From NCBI GenBank assembly GCA_944383925.1, contig CALWRM010000061.1, positions 1,432-65,431 on the forward strand: a DNA stretch of 64,000 nt, read 5' to 3'. Numbering within the stretch: position 1 is the stretch's first letter; every line of letters starts with the position of its first letter. Below the pieces are notes generated by a model that saw only the letters and a program-made list of their open reading frames with translations, made no database searches and had not been told where the DNA came from. This DNA is from an uncultured Clostridia bacterium. Its GTDB lineage: Bacteria; Bacillota; Clostridia; Christensenellales; UBA1750. Both the position numbers and the translations under genes were made by a program. Below are positions 10,483 to 21,100 of the stretch, one piece after another.

Positions 10483-10893
10483 CTATGCCTTTTTCTCGCG
10501 GAACACCAGCAGCTTATTGCCCAGGAAGTTCACCCCCAGGGAGCCGATGGTGGCCAACAGCTTTGCGCCGTATAGGTTCATGAAGATGCCCTCCCGCAGC
10601 AGGAACAGCAGCCCGGAGGACACCCCCAGGGCCACCAGGTTCACCAGCAGGAAGCGGATCAGCTGGCCTCCGCCCATTTTTTCCTTTTGGGCAAAGGTCC
10701 AGCGCTTGTTGAAATACAGGCTGTTCAAAAGCCCGCAGCTATAGCCCAACACCTGGGCCAGCAGATACTGTTCCCGAAAGAAGGGCAGCATCACCAGCAG
10801 GGCGTAGACCCCGTAGTCCACGGCCGTGTTCATCACGCCCACCAGGCCGAACTTAACGGCCTGCAAAAACCACGTGCGAAGCTTCGCGCCCAC
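10483..10893 (-). CDS. GtrA family membrane protein
   Basis: 136 aa with 4 hydrophobic spans. FGLVGVMNTAVDYGVYALL and NKRWTF are GtrA hallmarks. GTG start with GGAGG 6 nt upstream. Confidence 0.85.
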   Translation of the reverse strand: MGAKLRTWFLQAVKFGLVGVMNTAVDYGVYALLVMLPFFREQYLLAQVLGYSCGLLNSLYFNKRWTFAQKEKMGGGQLIRFLLVNLVALGVSSGLLFLLREGIFMNLYGAKLLATIGSLGVNFLGNKLLVFREKKA

Positions 10894-10914
10894 GGCTTGC
10901 CTCCTTTCCGTCGT

Positions 10915-13900
10915 CTAGAACAGCGTCCACGAGGGAAGCCACTCCAGCAGCAGGCCCTGCACATCCGGCATGGAGACGCCCGTCAGCACCGGATAGAACA
11001 GGCAGTACAGCGCCAGCACGGCGCCCAAGTAAATCCCGATCCACAGCTTGCCGCGCTTGGCCCTTGCGTAAAAGTCCTCCAGGAACAGGCCGATGGCCAT
11101 GGTCAGGAAGGGCACGGAGGCGAAGTAGTGGTAGATGAAGGTGGTGCGGGGCACCAGCACCCAGGGCAGGAAGTTGGCGAAATAGCCCAGCAGCACGATG
11201 TAGATGCGCTTATCCTGCCTGCCATAGCCCTTGGCGGCCCGCACGATCAGCCAGAGGATGGCGGCCAGGCCCGGCCACCAAACGGCCGGGTTGCCGAAGG
11301 AGGCGATGGAGGAGATGCTGCCCTCGGGCTCGAACTCGCCCAGGAAGTACCAGATGGGCCGGAGCATCAGCGGCCACTGATACCAGGGGCTCTCGTAGGG
11401 ATGGCTGTCGAAGACCGCCTTGTGGTAGTTGAACATGTGCAGCTGGTAGTTCCAAACCTCCTCCAGCCCGTTGCCCTCGATGCGCAGGAACTGGTAGTAG
11501 GAGCCGATGTAAATGCCCAAGGGAATGAGCACAAAGAACAGCACGCAGCAAAGCAGGGTGATCAGCGCGCATCTGGGGAAGCGCTCCACGATGTTCCGGG
11601 CGGCCCGCACGGCCTGTTCGCTCCGGCCCTCCTGGCGCAGCAGGCGCTTGGCCTGACGGTATTGGGCAAAGCGGCTGTACAGGATGGCGAAGAAGAACAC
11701 CGCAAGCCCCACCCCGGCATAGATGCCGATCCACTTCGAGGCGATGCCAAGCCCCATGAACAGCCCTGAGAAGAACAGCGGCACCAGGGTGCGGCCCAGC
11801 TTTTCGTGGTAGAAGCTCATGTGGGCGTAGTGCAGCATGCAGGCAAAGCCCATGATGATGAACAGCACCGGGTAGGAATCGATGGTACCGAGCCGGGTTT
11901 GGGCCAGGTGCATGAAGTCGAAGGTGAACAGGAAGGCCGCCGCAAAGGCGAGGCCCGTCTTCTTAAACAGCAGCTTGGCCAGGTAGTAGATGGCGGGCAC
12001 CATCAGCACGCCGGCCAGGGTGCCGGCAAAGCGCCAGCCAAAGGGCGTCATGCCAAAGAGCAGGACGGACCAGGAGATGAACACCTTGCCAAGGGGCGGA
12101 TGGGTGTTTTCGTACCAGGTCATGTTGTGGATCTGCTCGTAGGCGGTGCGGCCGTGGTAGACCTCGTCGAAATACATGCTGTCCATGTAGCCGGGCCGCT
12201 CGGGCACCATCCACTGCTCGTCCACCAGGGCGGCGGCCTCCTGCGGGGCGGTGATCTCGTAGGTCTTTCCCTCGCCGTCCGTGACGGCCACCTCGAAGAT
12301 CTTCATGTCCCCCTCGCTGACCTCCAGGCGGACGTAGCGGGCCTCCTCGGAGAGGGTGATCACGTGCCATTTGAACATGTCGTGCACGCCCATTTCCAGC
12401 ACGTATTCCTCGGAATAGCTCTGCCCGTCCTTCGAGAAGCTGACGGAAAGGGTGGCGTAGTTGATCTCGCCATAGTAGTAGAAGCGGCCCACGGCCCTCT
12501 CCTGCCCAAGGTCCAGCACCACGCTTTGCCCCTGGTCCAGCTGGCACAGGGTGGAAGGGGCGTAGGTGTTGCCCAGGCGGTAGAAGGCGGTCACGCCGTA
12601 GACCAGGGTCAGGGCGGACAGGAGCAACAGGTCCCAGCGGGTGAAGCGGGGCCGTTCGCCGCTCCTGTCCGCGGTGGGCAGGGCGGGGCCCAGCACCTGG
12701 GAGCCCAGGGGCCTAAGCTCGCTGACCAGCGGGCAGGACCTGTGGCGCACGCACAGCTGGAAGCAGACGCCGCCAAACTCCAGCATCAGCAGCAGGTTTA
12801 GGCAGCCCACCAGGATCTGCATGGTGCGGTTGTCCGCCAGGATGTGCTCGTTTTGCAGCACGGTGAAGATGTTGGCCCCGTTGGTGACCAGCAGGCCCGC
12901 GAACACCCAGAGCAGCCGGCGGTCTTGGTAGCACAGGGCGCAGAGCAGCACCAGGGCCAGGCTGGGGAACAGGTAGCGCTCGTGCATGCGCACGCCCAGC
13001 ACGAAGACGCCCAGCAGCACCATGGCGGCCATGGGCAGCACCGCCCGCCGGTCCTTGGCGGCGAAATACAGGTACAGGCCGTAGCCGACGCTCAGCACCA
13101 TGCCGATGCTTCCCCAGCTGGCGTAGGAAAGGCCCAGCAGGCGCTCGCTCTGGTCCACCCAGTTGCCGCCCAGCACGCCGAAGAGGTTCATGGCGTTGAC
13201 GGTGGCGTAGGGATAGCTGCCCAGCACCTGCAGGTACTTCTCCACCAGCCAGCCGTAGCCCTTGCCGATGGAGAAGGGCGCGGCCACCAGCAACACCAGC
13301 GCCAGGGCGCTGACCAGGCTGATCCCAAGGCTTTGCAGGCCCTTCTTGGGGTTTTCCAGCACGTCGGAGGCAAAGCCGCAAAGCAGCACCGTGCCAAACA
13401 TCAGGGCTTGGGGCTTGACCAGCACGGCCAGCGTGAACAGCAGGGAGCTTTTGAGCATCTGCTTTTTGAGCATATAGCGAATGCAAAGCAGGACCAGCAG
13501 CACCAGGACGGAGTCCATCTGGCCCCACATGGCGCTGTCCAGCCAAACCGTCGGCGCAAAGGCGTAGACCAGGGCCGCCACCAGGGCCAGGCCCTCGTCC
13601 GTCCATTCCTTGGCCATGCGGTAGATCAGGTAGGCGGTGGCCAGGTCCGCCAGCGACGCCGGCAGCTTGAGCAACAGCTGGAACAGCTCCGAGTTGTAGG
13701 GCAGCTGGAACAGGTTGCCCAGGCCGCCGATCAGCCAGAGCACGTACAGATAGCCCGGCGGATAGTCGCAGAACACCGCCTCGTAGATGCCTGCCGGCCC
13801 CTCCGAGGCCATGCTGAACGCCCAGCCGGCAAAGCAGTTCATGTCCACCTCGTAGCCGCTCACGGTCACGGACAGGTACATCCGCAGCAGCAGCGCCAGG

Positions 13901-14652
13901 GCCAGCCCGCCCCACAGCAGGGGCCGCACGGGGATGCGGCGCCGTTGGGACAGGTCCTTGCTCCTGCTCATCCCATAGGCCGCCACGGCGGCAAAGGCCG
14001 CGCAAAGGAAGATGAAGGCCGGCGCCCAGTTGGCCTTGCCGCCCTCGTCCTCCTCCACGGCCGCCGCCACCTTTTTCAGGGACTGGGCCTGCGCGCCCTC
14101 GGGCAGGGCGTCCACCTTTTCCACGGACAGATCGTCAAACCAGGCCACGCCCTGGTTGGTCTCGCCGTAAAAGCCCGCCCGGGCGCAGATGGTGATGGAG
14201 CCCTGGAACCAAGCGGTGCGCCCGTAAAACTCCACGTACACCCATTCGCCGTCCGTATCGGCGTAATCGGCCGAGACGGCGAAGCAGTCCTTGACGGAGA
14301 GGTTCGCGCCCGTCTTTTCCGGATCGAAGCCCTCGGCCTTCAGATAGCCGGAGATCTTGTACAGGCTGTTGCCGCTCACCTGAATGGTCTGCTCCAGCCG
14401 GGCGTCGTTCTCCTTCTTGCTGTCGATGCAGAGCACCTCGCCGCGCTGGGGGTCCGTCTCCAGGCGGTACACGGTGGCCTCCGTGCCGCCCTCCCAGGCG
14501 TCGAAGGACCAGTGGCCGATGTAGCCATCCTCGTCCAGCCCGTCCTCAAAGCCGCCGTTGAGCAGCAGGTTCTCCCCCTGGGCCAGGGAGGGCACGGCCA
14601 GGCACAGCAACAGCAGCGCCAGGGCCAAGAAGCTTGCAAGTCTCCTGTTCAT
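10915..14652 (-). CDS. multidomain glycosyltransferase: signal peptide + CBM4/9-like domain + GT-C module 1 + discoidin-like domain + GT39 (PMT-like) GT-C module 2
   Basis: 1245 aa. NLLLNGGFEDG...W (CBM-like). GYEVDMNCFAGWA...DYPPGYLY (ALG6/COG5542-like first loop). Central beta-rich VVLDLGQERAVGRFYYYG...MKIFEVAV. YFDEVYHGRTAYE...THPPLGK (PMT/GT39 motif). More than 20 hydrophobic spans. Confidence 0.8.
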   Translation of the reverse strand: MNRRLASFLALALLLLCLAVPSLAQGENLLLNGGFEDGLDEDGYIGHWSFDAWEGGTEATVYRLETDPQRGEVLCIDSKKENDARLEQTIQVSGNSLYKISGYLKAEGFDPEKTGANLSVKDCFAVSADYADTDGEWVYVEFYGRTAWFQGSITICARAGFYGETNQGVAWFDDLSVEKVDALPEGAQAQSLKKVAAAVEEDEGGKANWAPAFIFLCAAFAAVAAYGMSRSKDLSQRRRIPVRPLLWGGLALALLLRMYLSVTVSGYEVDMNCFAGWAFSMASEGPAGIYEAVFCDYPPGYLYVLWLIGGLGNLFQLPYNSELFQLLLKLPASLADLATAYLIYRMAKEWTDEGLALVAALVYAFAPTVWLDSAMWGQMDSVLVLLVLLCIRYMLKKQMLKSSLLFTLAVLVKPQALMFGTVLLCGFASDVLENPKKGLQSLGISLVSALALVLLVAAPFSIGKGYGWLVEKYLQVLGSYPYATVNAMNLFGVLGGNWVDQSERLLGLSYASWGSIGMVLSVGYGLYLYFAAKDRRAVLPMAAMVLLGVFVLGVRMHERYLFPSLALVLLCALCYQDRRLLWVFAGLLVTNGANIFTVLQNEHILADNRTMQILVGCLNLLLMLEFGGVCFQLCVRHRSCPLVSELRPLGSQVLGPALPTADRSGERPRFTRWDLLLLSALTLVYGVTAFYRLGNTYAPSTLCQLDQGQSVVLDLGQERAVGRFYYYGEINYATLSVSFSKDGQSYSEEYVLEMGVHDMFKWHVITLSEEARYVRLEVSEGDMKIFEVAVTDGEGKTYEITAPQEAAALVDEQWMVPERPGYMDSMYFDEVYHGRTAYEQIHNMTWYENTHPPLGKVFISWSVLLFGMTPFGWRFAGTLAGVLMVPAIYYLAKLLFKKTGLAFAAAFLFTFDFMHLAQTRLGTIDSYPVLFIIMGFACMLHYAHMSFYHEKLGRTLVPLFFSGLFMGLGIASKWIGIYAGVGLAVFFFAILYSRFAQYRQAKRLLRQEGRSEQAVRAARNIVERFPRCALITLLCCVLFFVLIPLGIYIGSYYQFLRIEGNGLEEVWNYQLHMFNYHKAVFDSHPYESPWYQWPLMLRPIWYFLGEFEPEGSISSIASFGNPAVWWPGLAAILWLIVRAAKGYGRQDKRIYIVLLGYFANFLPWVLVPRTTFIYHYFASVPFLTMAIGLFLEDFYARAKRGKLWIGIYLGAVLALYCLFYPVLTGVSMPDVQGLLLEWLPSWTLF

Positions 14653-15017
14653 GCAAAATACCTGCCTTTGATGAATTCAAACGCGCCCGGCAAATGGCGC
14701 AGCCGCAGCTCGCCCCCCTGGCGCTGTATCTCCACCACGTCAAAGCGCAGCGGTCTACCCAAATAGCCCTGCTGCACCGCATAGCCCAGGGCCGCGCGGC
14801 ACAGTCTTTGCTGCTTGGCCCGGTCCACGGCCAGGCGCGGCACTTCCCGGCTTCGCTGCTTGACCTCCACGAACACCAGCGTTTCCCCGTCGCGGAGGAT
14901 CAGATCGATCTCGCAGCGCTGGAAGCGGAAGTTCTGCTCCAGCAGCGCATATCCCTTGCTTTGCAGGTAGAGCAGGGCCAGCTCCTCGCCGCTTCGGCCC
15001 TTCTCCCCGGCCCTCAC
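14649..15017 (-). CDS. yraN: YraN family (UPF0102) endonuclease-like protein
   Basis: C-terminal 122 codons of ORF 14649..15404: GEELALLYLQSKGYALLEQNFRFQRCEIDLILRDGETLVFVEVK. The GTG start overlaps the rnhB stop (GTGA), and its own TGA overlaps the ATG of the glycosyltransferase. Confidence 0.8.
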   Translation of the reverse strand: MRAGEKGRSGEELALLYLQSKGYALLEQNFRFQRCEIDLILRDGETLVFVEVKQRSREVPRLAVDRAKQQRLCRAALGYAVQQGYLGRPLRFDVVEIQRQGGELRLRHLPGAFEFIKGRYFA

Positions 15018-15658
15018 GCCCGCTCCCCGTCCAGCAGCTTGCGCAAAAACAGCCGCCGGTGGATGGGGCTGGGCCCCAATCGCTGGATGGCCTCTCTGTG
15101 CTCGGCGGTGCCATAGCCCTTGTGCTTGGCAAGGCCGTAGCCGGGGTACTGTCGGTCCAGTTCCTCCATAAGCCTGTCCCGGCACACCTTGGCGGCGATG
15201 GAGGCGCAGGCGATGGAATAGCTCAGGGCGTCGCCGTGGATCAGGGCCCGCTGGGGTAGTCCCACGGCCAGGTCCCGCTCGGCGTCCACCAGCAAAAAGT
15301 CGGCCCGGGTCTGGGCCACCGCCCGCTCCATGGCCAAGCGGCTGGCGTTCTTGATGTTGAGCGCCTCGATCTCCTCCACGCTGGCCAGGCCGATGCCAAG
15401 GCACAGCGCCCGCTGGACAATCTGGGGATAGAGGGCCTCCCGGGCGCCGGGACTGAGCTTCTTGGAGTCGTTGACCCCCACCAGCAGCGCCCCCTCCTCC
15501 AGGGGCATCACCGCGCAGGCCGCCACCACCGGTCCAGCCAGGGGGCCGCGGCCGGCCTCGTCCACGCCGCCCACCAGGCAGTAGCCCTGGTCCAGCAGCT
15601 CCAGGTCAATGCGCGTCATTCTCCGCAGGCGCTCCTGCCCGCTCTCCCTCTGGGCCAT
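15014..15658 (-). CDS. rnhB: ribonuclease HII
   Basis: GVDEAGRGPLAGPVVAACAV, DSKKLS, ASIAAKV. Start set at MAQRES because GAGGAGGAGG lies 4-5 nt upstream. An alternative start (MTRIDLE) is at 15619. Confidence 0.88.
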   Translation of the reverse strand: MAQRESGQERLRRMTRIDLELLDQGYCLVGGVDEAGRGPLAGPVVAACAVMPLEEGALLVGVNDSKKLSPGAREALYPQIVQRALCLGIGLASVEEIEALNIKNASRLAMERAVAQTRADFLLVDAERDLAVGLPQRALIHGDALSYSIACASIAAKVCRDRLMEELDRQYPGYGLAKHKGYGTAEHREAIQRLGPSPIHRRLFLRKLLDGERA

Positions 15659-16508
15659 GTTCCTCCTCCTCGGGGCTTTCCAGGCTGATGCGGCCGAGCT
15701 TGCCGCCACGGAATTCGTCCAACACGATCTGCGCGCCGCGCTCCAGGTCCGGCAGGCCGCCCTTTTGCAGCCAGCCCCGGCCCCGGCAGGCCATTTCCAG
15801 CAGGCTATCCTCCTCCGCGCCCAGGTCCTGGATCCTGTAGCGCTGGGCCACCGCCTCCGGCCGCAGCCGGCAGAGCTGCCCGAGCAGGCTGGCCGAGAGG
15901 CGCTGCAGGTCCATGATCTCCTCGCGGATGGCGCCCAGATAGGCCAGGCGCAGGGCCGCCTGTTGGTCGTCCAGCTTGGGCCAGAGCAGGCCGGGGGTGT
16001 CCAACAGCTCCAGATAGGGGGTGAGCACGATCCACTGCTTGCCCCTTGTGACGCCGGGCCGGTCCCCCGCCTTAGCGGAGGCGGAGCCCTTCAGGCGGTT
16101 GATGAAGCTGGACTTGCCCACGTTGGGGATGCCGACCACCATGGCCCGGACGGTCTTCTTGACGCCCTTTTGAAGGTACCTTTCCACCACGGGCTTGGCC
16201 GCCTGCTCGATGGCGCGCACAGCCTGGGCCTGGCCCTTGCCGGTGCTTGCGGAAAAGGGAATGGCCGCAAAGCCCCGCTTGCGGAAATAGGCCGTCCAGC
16301 GCCTCGTCGTCTCCTCGTCCGCCAGGTCCGCCTTGTTGAGCAGGTAGACGCGGGGCTTGTCCTGAAACAGGTCGTCGAAGTCCGGGTTTTGGCTGGCCAG
16401 CGGCGCCCTGGCGTCGGCCAGCTCCACCACCACGTCCACCAGCCGCAGGCTTTCGGCCAGCAAGCGCCGGGCCTTGGCCATGTGCCCCGGGTACCACTGA
16501 ATCTGCAC
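15606..16508 (-). CDS. rbgA: ribosome biogenesis GTPase A (YlqF/RbgA)
   Basis: 300 aa. IQWYPGHMAKA, circularly permuted GTPase motifs LNKADLAD ... GIPNVGKSSFINRL ... DTPG. GTG start. Confidence 0.92.
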   Translation of the reverse strand: MQIQWYPGHMAKARRLLAESLRLVDVVVELADARAPLASQNPDFDDLFQDKPRVYLLNKADLADEETTRRWTAYFRKRGFAAIPFSASTGKGQAQAVRAIEQAAKPVVERYLQKGVKKTVRAMVVGIPNVGKSSFINRLKGSASAKAGDRPGVTRGKQWIVLTPYLELLDTPGLLWPKLDDQQAALRLAYLGAIREEIMDLQRLSASLLGQLCRLRPEAVAQRYRIQDLGAEEDSLLEMACRGRGWLQKGGLPDLERGAQIVLDEFRGGKLGRISLESPEEEEHGPEGERAGAPAENDAH

Positions 16509-16669
16509 GGGCGTGTTTCTCCTCTCGCCCTTCCGGCCCGCCGGCGGGCGCAGGAAGGCTTTCTATACCTAATCTTACCAAAGAGGCGCGGCTTTACGCA
16601 AGACATGCGCACAAATTGCGGCGCGGCCCGGCGGGCAAGCGCAGGGCCGTCCCGCCGGGCCGCAAGCCC

Positions 16670-17368
16670 TTAGGCGATCTCGTTTTGGAAGGCCACCAGC
16701 GTGGCATCGTGCACGCCGGGGATGTTGAGCAGGGCGTCCACCAGGTTGGCGCGCTGCTGGGGCAGGCGCAGCTCGTAGGTGGCCTCCACCCCGCCGCGGG
16801 TGACGGTCTTGGACTTGAGCTTGGAGCGGGGCACCTTGTGCACCATGGCGGAGATGTCCTTGCCGGCCCGCTCGTCGTAATGGACCACCAACAGGTAGTT
16901 TTCGCCGGCCTTGTTTCCCACCAGGGAGACCAGGAAGAGCACCACGGCAATGACCAGCGTGCCGATGATGGCGTAGAGCATGTAGTTGGCGCCCACGGTG
17001 ATGCCCGCGGCGATGGCCCAGAACATGAACACGGTGTCCATGGGGTCCTTCACGGCGGTGCGGAAGCGCACGATGGACAGCGCGCCCACCATGCCCAGGG
17101 ACAGCCCGATGCTGGAGGAGATGCACATGATGATCATGGCGGTGACCATGGTGAGCATGATCAGGGAGATGTTGAAGCTGTGGCTGTAGAGCACACCCCG
17201 GTAGGTCTTCTTATACACATAGAAGATCAATAGGCCAAGGAGGAAGGCGCAGGCCAGGGAGAGCAACACGTTGGGCACGGTCAGGTTCTGGCGGCTGAGC
17301 GAGAAGCCCTCCAGTACCGAGTTTTTGAACAGATCGGTTGCGCTGAGCGATTGGTTGGCTTGTTCCAT
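16670..17368 (-). CDS. DUF4956 family membrane protein (module 1)
   Basis: 232 aa, about 4 TM spans then a soluble tail. GMVGALSIVRFRTAVKDPMDTVFMFWAIAAG is shared almost verbatim with the paralog at 36112-36783. AGGAGG lies 8 nt upstream. Confidence 0.8.
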   Translation of the reverse strand: MEQANQSLSATDLFKNSVLEGFSLSRQNLTVPNVLLSLACAFLLGLLIFYVYKKTYRGVLYSHSFNISLIMLTMVTAMIIMCISSSIGLSLGMVGALSIVRFRTAVKDPMDTVFMFWAIAAGITVGANYMLYAIIGTLVIAVVLFLVSLVGNKAGENYLLVVHYDERAGKDISAMVHKVPRSKLKSKTVTRGGVEATYELRLPQQRANLVDALLNIPGVHDATLVAFQNEIA

Positions 17369-17380
17369 GTTGGATGCCTC

Positions 17381-18091
17381 CTAAAGGTTGAATTCTAGCC
17401 GTCTGCAAAAGGTGTATTTGGAAATCGCGCTCCTTTGCGCGGGAATGGAGGAGAGCATGGGCCGGATGAACTCCGGAAAGCGGCGGTCGTACTTGACCTC
17501 CAAGATGACGGTCTCGTTGTGCAGGCAGGGGATGGTCGGCAGGTTCGCGTCGAAGAGGTCCGTGGAAAACAGGCCCGTGCGCAGCTGCTTGTCCAGGGTG
17601 ACGCGGGTGTTTTCCGCCGGATGGGTGTAGGCCTCGCGCACGTAATCCACCACCACCACGGGCTTGAGCAGCCGGGTGGTCATCTGGCGGAACATGTCCT
17701 GCAACAGGGGATGGCCCAGGCGTTCCAGGCCATAGGGATCGCCGGCGATGATCTGCTCGGCCAGGTCCCGGGACAGGGGCACGGACAGCTTGGAGATGTA
17801 GTCGCCCTTTTTCCGCTTGCGCTCCAGCATGATCACCCGGTCCGAGAGGTTGTAGATGCGGATGCGGTACTTATCCCTGTGTTGCACGCCGTCGATCTTG
17901 TCGGACATGGCGGTGTTGAAGCAGTCATCAAAGTACAGGGAGCGGATGTGGTATTCGCCGTATCGGTCGGCGTTTTCGTCGATCCACATGGTGCGGCCGA
18001 GCACCTGGGACAGATAGGCCGCCGACCCTTGGGAAATGTGGTATTTTTGCTCATGCCGCAGGGGCTCGGGCTGTTTCCTTTGCGGGGCCAT
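17381..18091 (-). CDS. VTC-domain (triphosphate tunnel, polyphosphate-polymerase-like) protein (module 1)
   Basis: 236 aa with no TM or signal peptide. HEQKYHIS, YHIRSLYFDD, DKYRIRIYN, LERKRKKGD, ILEVKYD and ISKYTFCR align with the paralog at 36840-37511 and with the Vtc4-type catalytic domain family. Confidence 0.85.
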   Translation of the reverse strand: MAPQRKQPEPLRHEQKYHISQGSAAYLSQVLGRTMWIDENADRYGEYHIRSLYFDDCFNTAMSDKIDGVQHRDKYRIRIYNLSDRVIMLERKRKKGDYISKLSVPLSRDLAEQIIAGDPYGLERLGHPLLQDMFRQMTTRLLKPVVVVDYVREAYTHPAENTRVTLDKQLRTGLFSTDLFDANLPTIPCLHNETVILEVKYDRRFPEFIRPMLSSIPAQRSAISKYTFCRRLEFNL

Positions 18092-18101
18092 GGCTTTCCT
18101 C

Positions 18102-21100
18102 CTAACCCTGCCAGAGCTCGCCGAAGAGCTCCGTCATCTTCTCGTCGCTCAGGCCGAACCAATCCTTCATGTGCTGCATCATGTAGCCCGTGCGGTTGTC
18201 GGCAAACTCGCGCAGGCGGTTCACATGCCTTTGCCAGGACTGAACGGAGCCATGGTCGGGCCAGCGCTCGTAATGGGCCTCCATCTCCGGGGCCATCTGG
18301 CTTTCCAGCTCCTCGATGGCGGCGTAGATGTTCTCCTTGGTGTACACCTCGCGCACGTAGTAGGCGCAGCGCTCGATGAACAGCTCCTCCATCTCCGGGT
18401 TTTCCAGCAGGCCGCGGATCAGGGAATTGTTGAAGCTGTCGTTGTAGCCGGTGCCGTTTTCGTTGAGCACGTGGAGGAAGCCGTCGCGCTTATAGCCGTT
18501 GGTTTCGCCCGTGTTGATGCCCCAATCCAAGTCGTAGAGGATCCATTTCCACTTGCCGCCGGGCACCTTGTAGTACTTGATGTTGCCGTTGTCGGAGTTG
18601 ACCCAGAAGATCTCGGCGATCTGGTAATCGAAGTAGTTGATGATGTCCACCCGGTCGGTGACGTACTTGAGGTTTTCCTCGTCCTTCAGGCTGTGGCTTT
18701 CCACAAAGTCGATCAGCTCCATGTACTCCTCGTTGGTGCCGTTGAGCACGCGGGCGGCCACGTTGCCGTTGCCCTTGAGCAGGTCGATGTTGTCGATTGC
18801 CGTCTCGTCCGTCACGCCCTCCCACTGGGCGATGGACCACTTGTTGACCCTTTCGCGCATGTTGTAGTGTCCCCAGTACTCGCCGTTTAAGTAGAGCACG
18901 CAGACCTCGGTTTCCTGGTACATCACGCCCTGGCCCTCCATCAGGGAGGTCATCATGGCGTCGCGCATGCGGGCGCGGTTGTAGTCCTGGGCCGTGCAGC
19001 GCAGCACGAAGGACTTATAGGAGTCGTAGTCCCGGTCGTCGAAGAGGGCGGCGTTGAAGCGGCTGTCGCCGTATTCCTTTCTGGCGTAGACCGCGAAGGA
19101 CTTCTGGTCCAGGGCCCTGGAATACTGGCCGTTGATCTTAAACTCGGCGCCCTGGGAGAGGAGGGTGGTGCCGTCCTCGTCGAAGATCTCCACATAGACC
19201 GGTCTCTCCCAGTCCATCCAGAAGTTGGCGCCGTAGCCGGGGGAGCCATGGGGAAACTCCTCCTGATAGCCGGGGCCGTCGGCGTAGATGCCCTTTTCGT
19301 CGGAGAAGAGGTTGTCCGGGTCCGTGGATAGGCAGACCACGCGCACGCTGTGGCTCTGGCCGATGATGTAGGTGCCCGTGGTGCTCAAGGGGCTTAAGTA
19401 CCCCTCCTTCACGGCCACGGCGCGCACCACGGTGGTGGAGGAGAGCTGGATGGGCCCGGTGTATGGGGTGCTGGAGACGCTGGGCTCGGTGCAGTCGGTG
19501 GTGTAGTAGATCTGGCTGCCGTCGGACACCGAAAGCTCCAGGCTGAGGCCCTCGTCATACAGGCCGGGGGCCAGAGAAAGGCTCACTTCCTGGGCCACGC
19601 CCACATAGCTTTCGCCCTGGTTGGGCTGGCCGGGGCTGGGCGTTGCGTAATAAAAAAGGCCGAGGTCGTCGCCCCTGCCGTAGGAGATGTCCGTTTGCAG
19701 CGCGGGCACGAGCAGCTTATCCACCATCTGGTCCTGGGCGTCGAACAGGTAGAGGATTTCGCCGGTGGAGCTGGCTCGAAAGGAGGTGCTGAGCTTCCCC
19801 GTCTCCGTGGAGTCCTCGCCCGTCAGGGCCACGACCATCCGCTCGCCGGGGGCCAAGCTCAGCTCCGGAAACTCGAAGCGCCGGGTTCTATCCGGGTTGT
19901 TGGAAAGTCCCCAGCCGCCCAGGTTGACGGTCTGGCCGGAGTTGTTGACGATCTCGGCGTAGTCCACGGCCTGGTCGTTCACCAGCGTCTCGCCCGCGGA
20001 GGAGAGCACCTCGGAGATGTAGACGCCCTGGTTGTTCAGGCGAAAGAAGTCGTCCAGCACGCTCAGGCCGTTTTCCGCCGTGTTGGCAAGGCCGGGGGTG
20101 GGGGCGTTGGTCTCCTGGTAGCCGCCGTCCTCCTGCCTGGCGTAGGCACAATCGTCCTTCAGCTCCGGCAGCTCCACCCGATCCAGCAGGTATCCCTGGG
20201 CGTCGCGCAGGCTGATGTTCTCCCCGCTGGCGGAGATGGCGAAGTTGGTGTGGAAGGTCTGGCCATCCTGGCTGTTTAGGTTGTCGCAATAGACCACCAG
20301 CATCTCGCCTGGGGCGATGGACCCGGAGGCAAAGCGCCACTGCATGGGTTCGTTGTCGTCGTCCGTGAGGGCATAGCCGCTCAGGTCGATGGTTTCCGTG
20401 CCCAGGTTGATCAGCTCGATCCAATCGGGGTAGGCGCCGTTTTCGTCGGCCAGGGTGCTGGCGTTGGAGGACTGGACCTCGTTGATCTTTAGGCTGCTTT
20501 GCGCCCGCAGGTCGAAGGAGGCCAGGTAGCTGTCGTGCCCCTCCTGGGTGTTGGGGTAGCCGGGGGAATAGAGGGTCGTCTCCTCAAAGCCGGTCTCCTG
20601 GTGGATGTAGGAGCTGTTGACGGCCGTCTGGGGCAGCTCCACCTGGTCGGCCAGGGAGGAGCCGTTGAACAGGTAGAGGGTCTCGCCGGCCTTGAGCCTA
20701 AAGCTGGCGTGTAGGGAGGCGGAGGCGGCGTTTCTGGACTTGCCGGAGAGATAGACCACCAGGTATTCGCCGCTGCCCAGCTCCATGCTGGGCAAGGGGA
20801 ACTTGGCGGGGTTGTCGCTGCGATCGGAAAGGGCGTAGCCGCTCAGGTTGATGGCCGCGGCGGTGCCGTTGTACAGCTCCACCCAATCCGGGTACTCCCC
20901 GTCGTCGTCCATCACGGCGCCCTCGTTGGCGATCATCACCTCGGAGATGATCAGCCCGGTGGTGGTCATTTCCAGCTGTCCGTCCGCGCCCTCGCCCACG
21001 CCGGCGATGGCCGGGGCCAGCTCCTTGTTGAGGGCATAGAACACAAAGGTGACGGTGATGGCCACCAGGAGCACTATGTTCAAGACCACCAGGCCTTTTC

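Noticed and set aside
14990-15020. Apparent 1-nt discrepancy (an extra C in a C-run near 15000) when I hand-translated the displayed bases. It would frameshift yraN and shift the rnhB stop.
   Set aside because: This is most likely my own miscount of a homopolymer run. The supplied ORF track gives uninterrupted YraN-like and RNase HII frames with a GTGA overlap, so I followed the track. A real sequence check of 14990-15020 would settle it.
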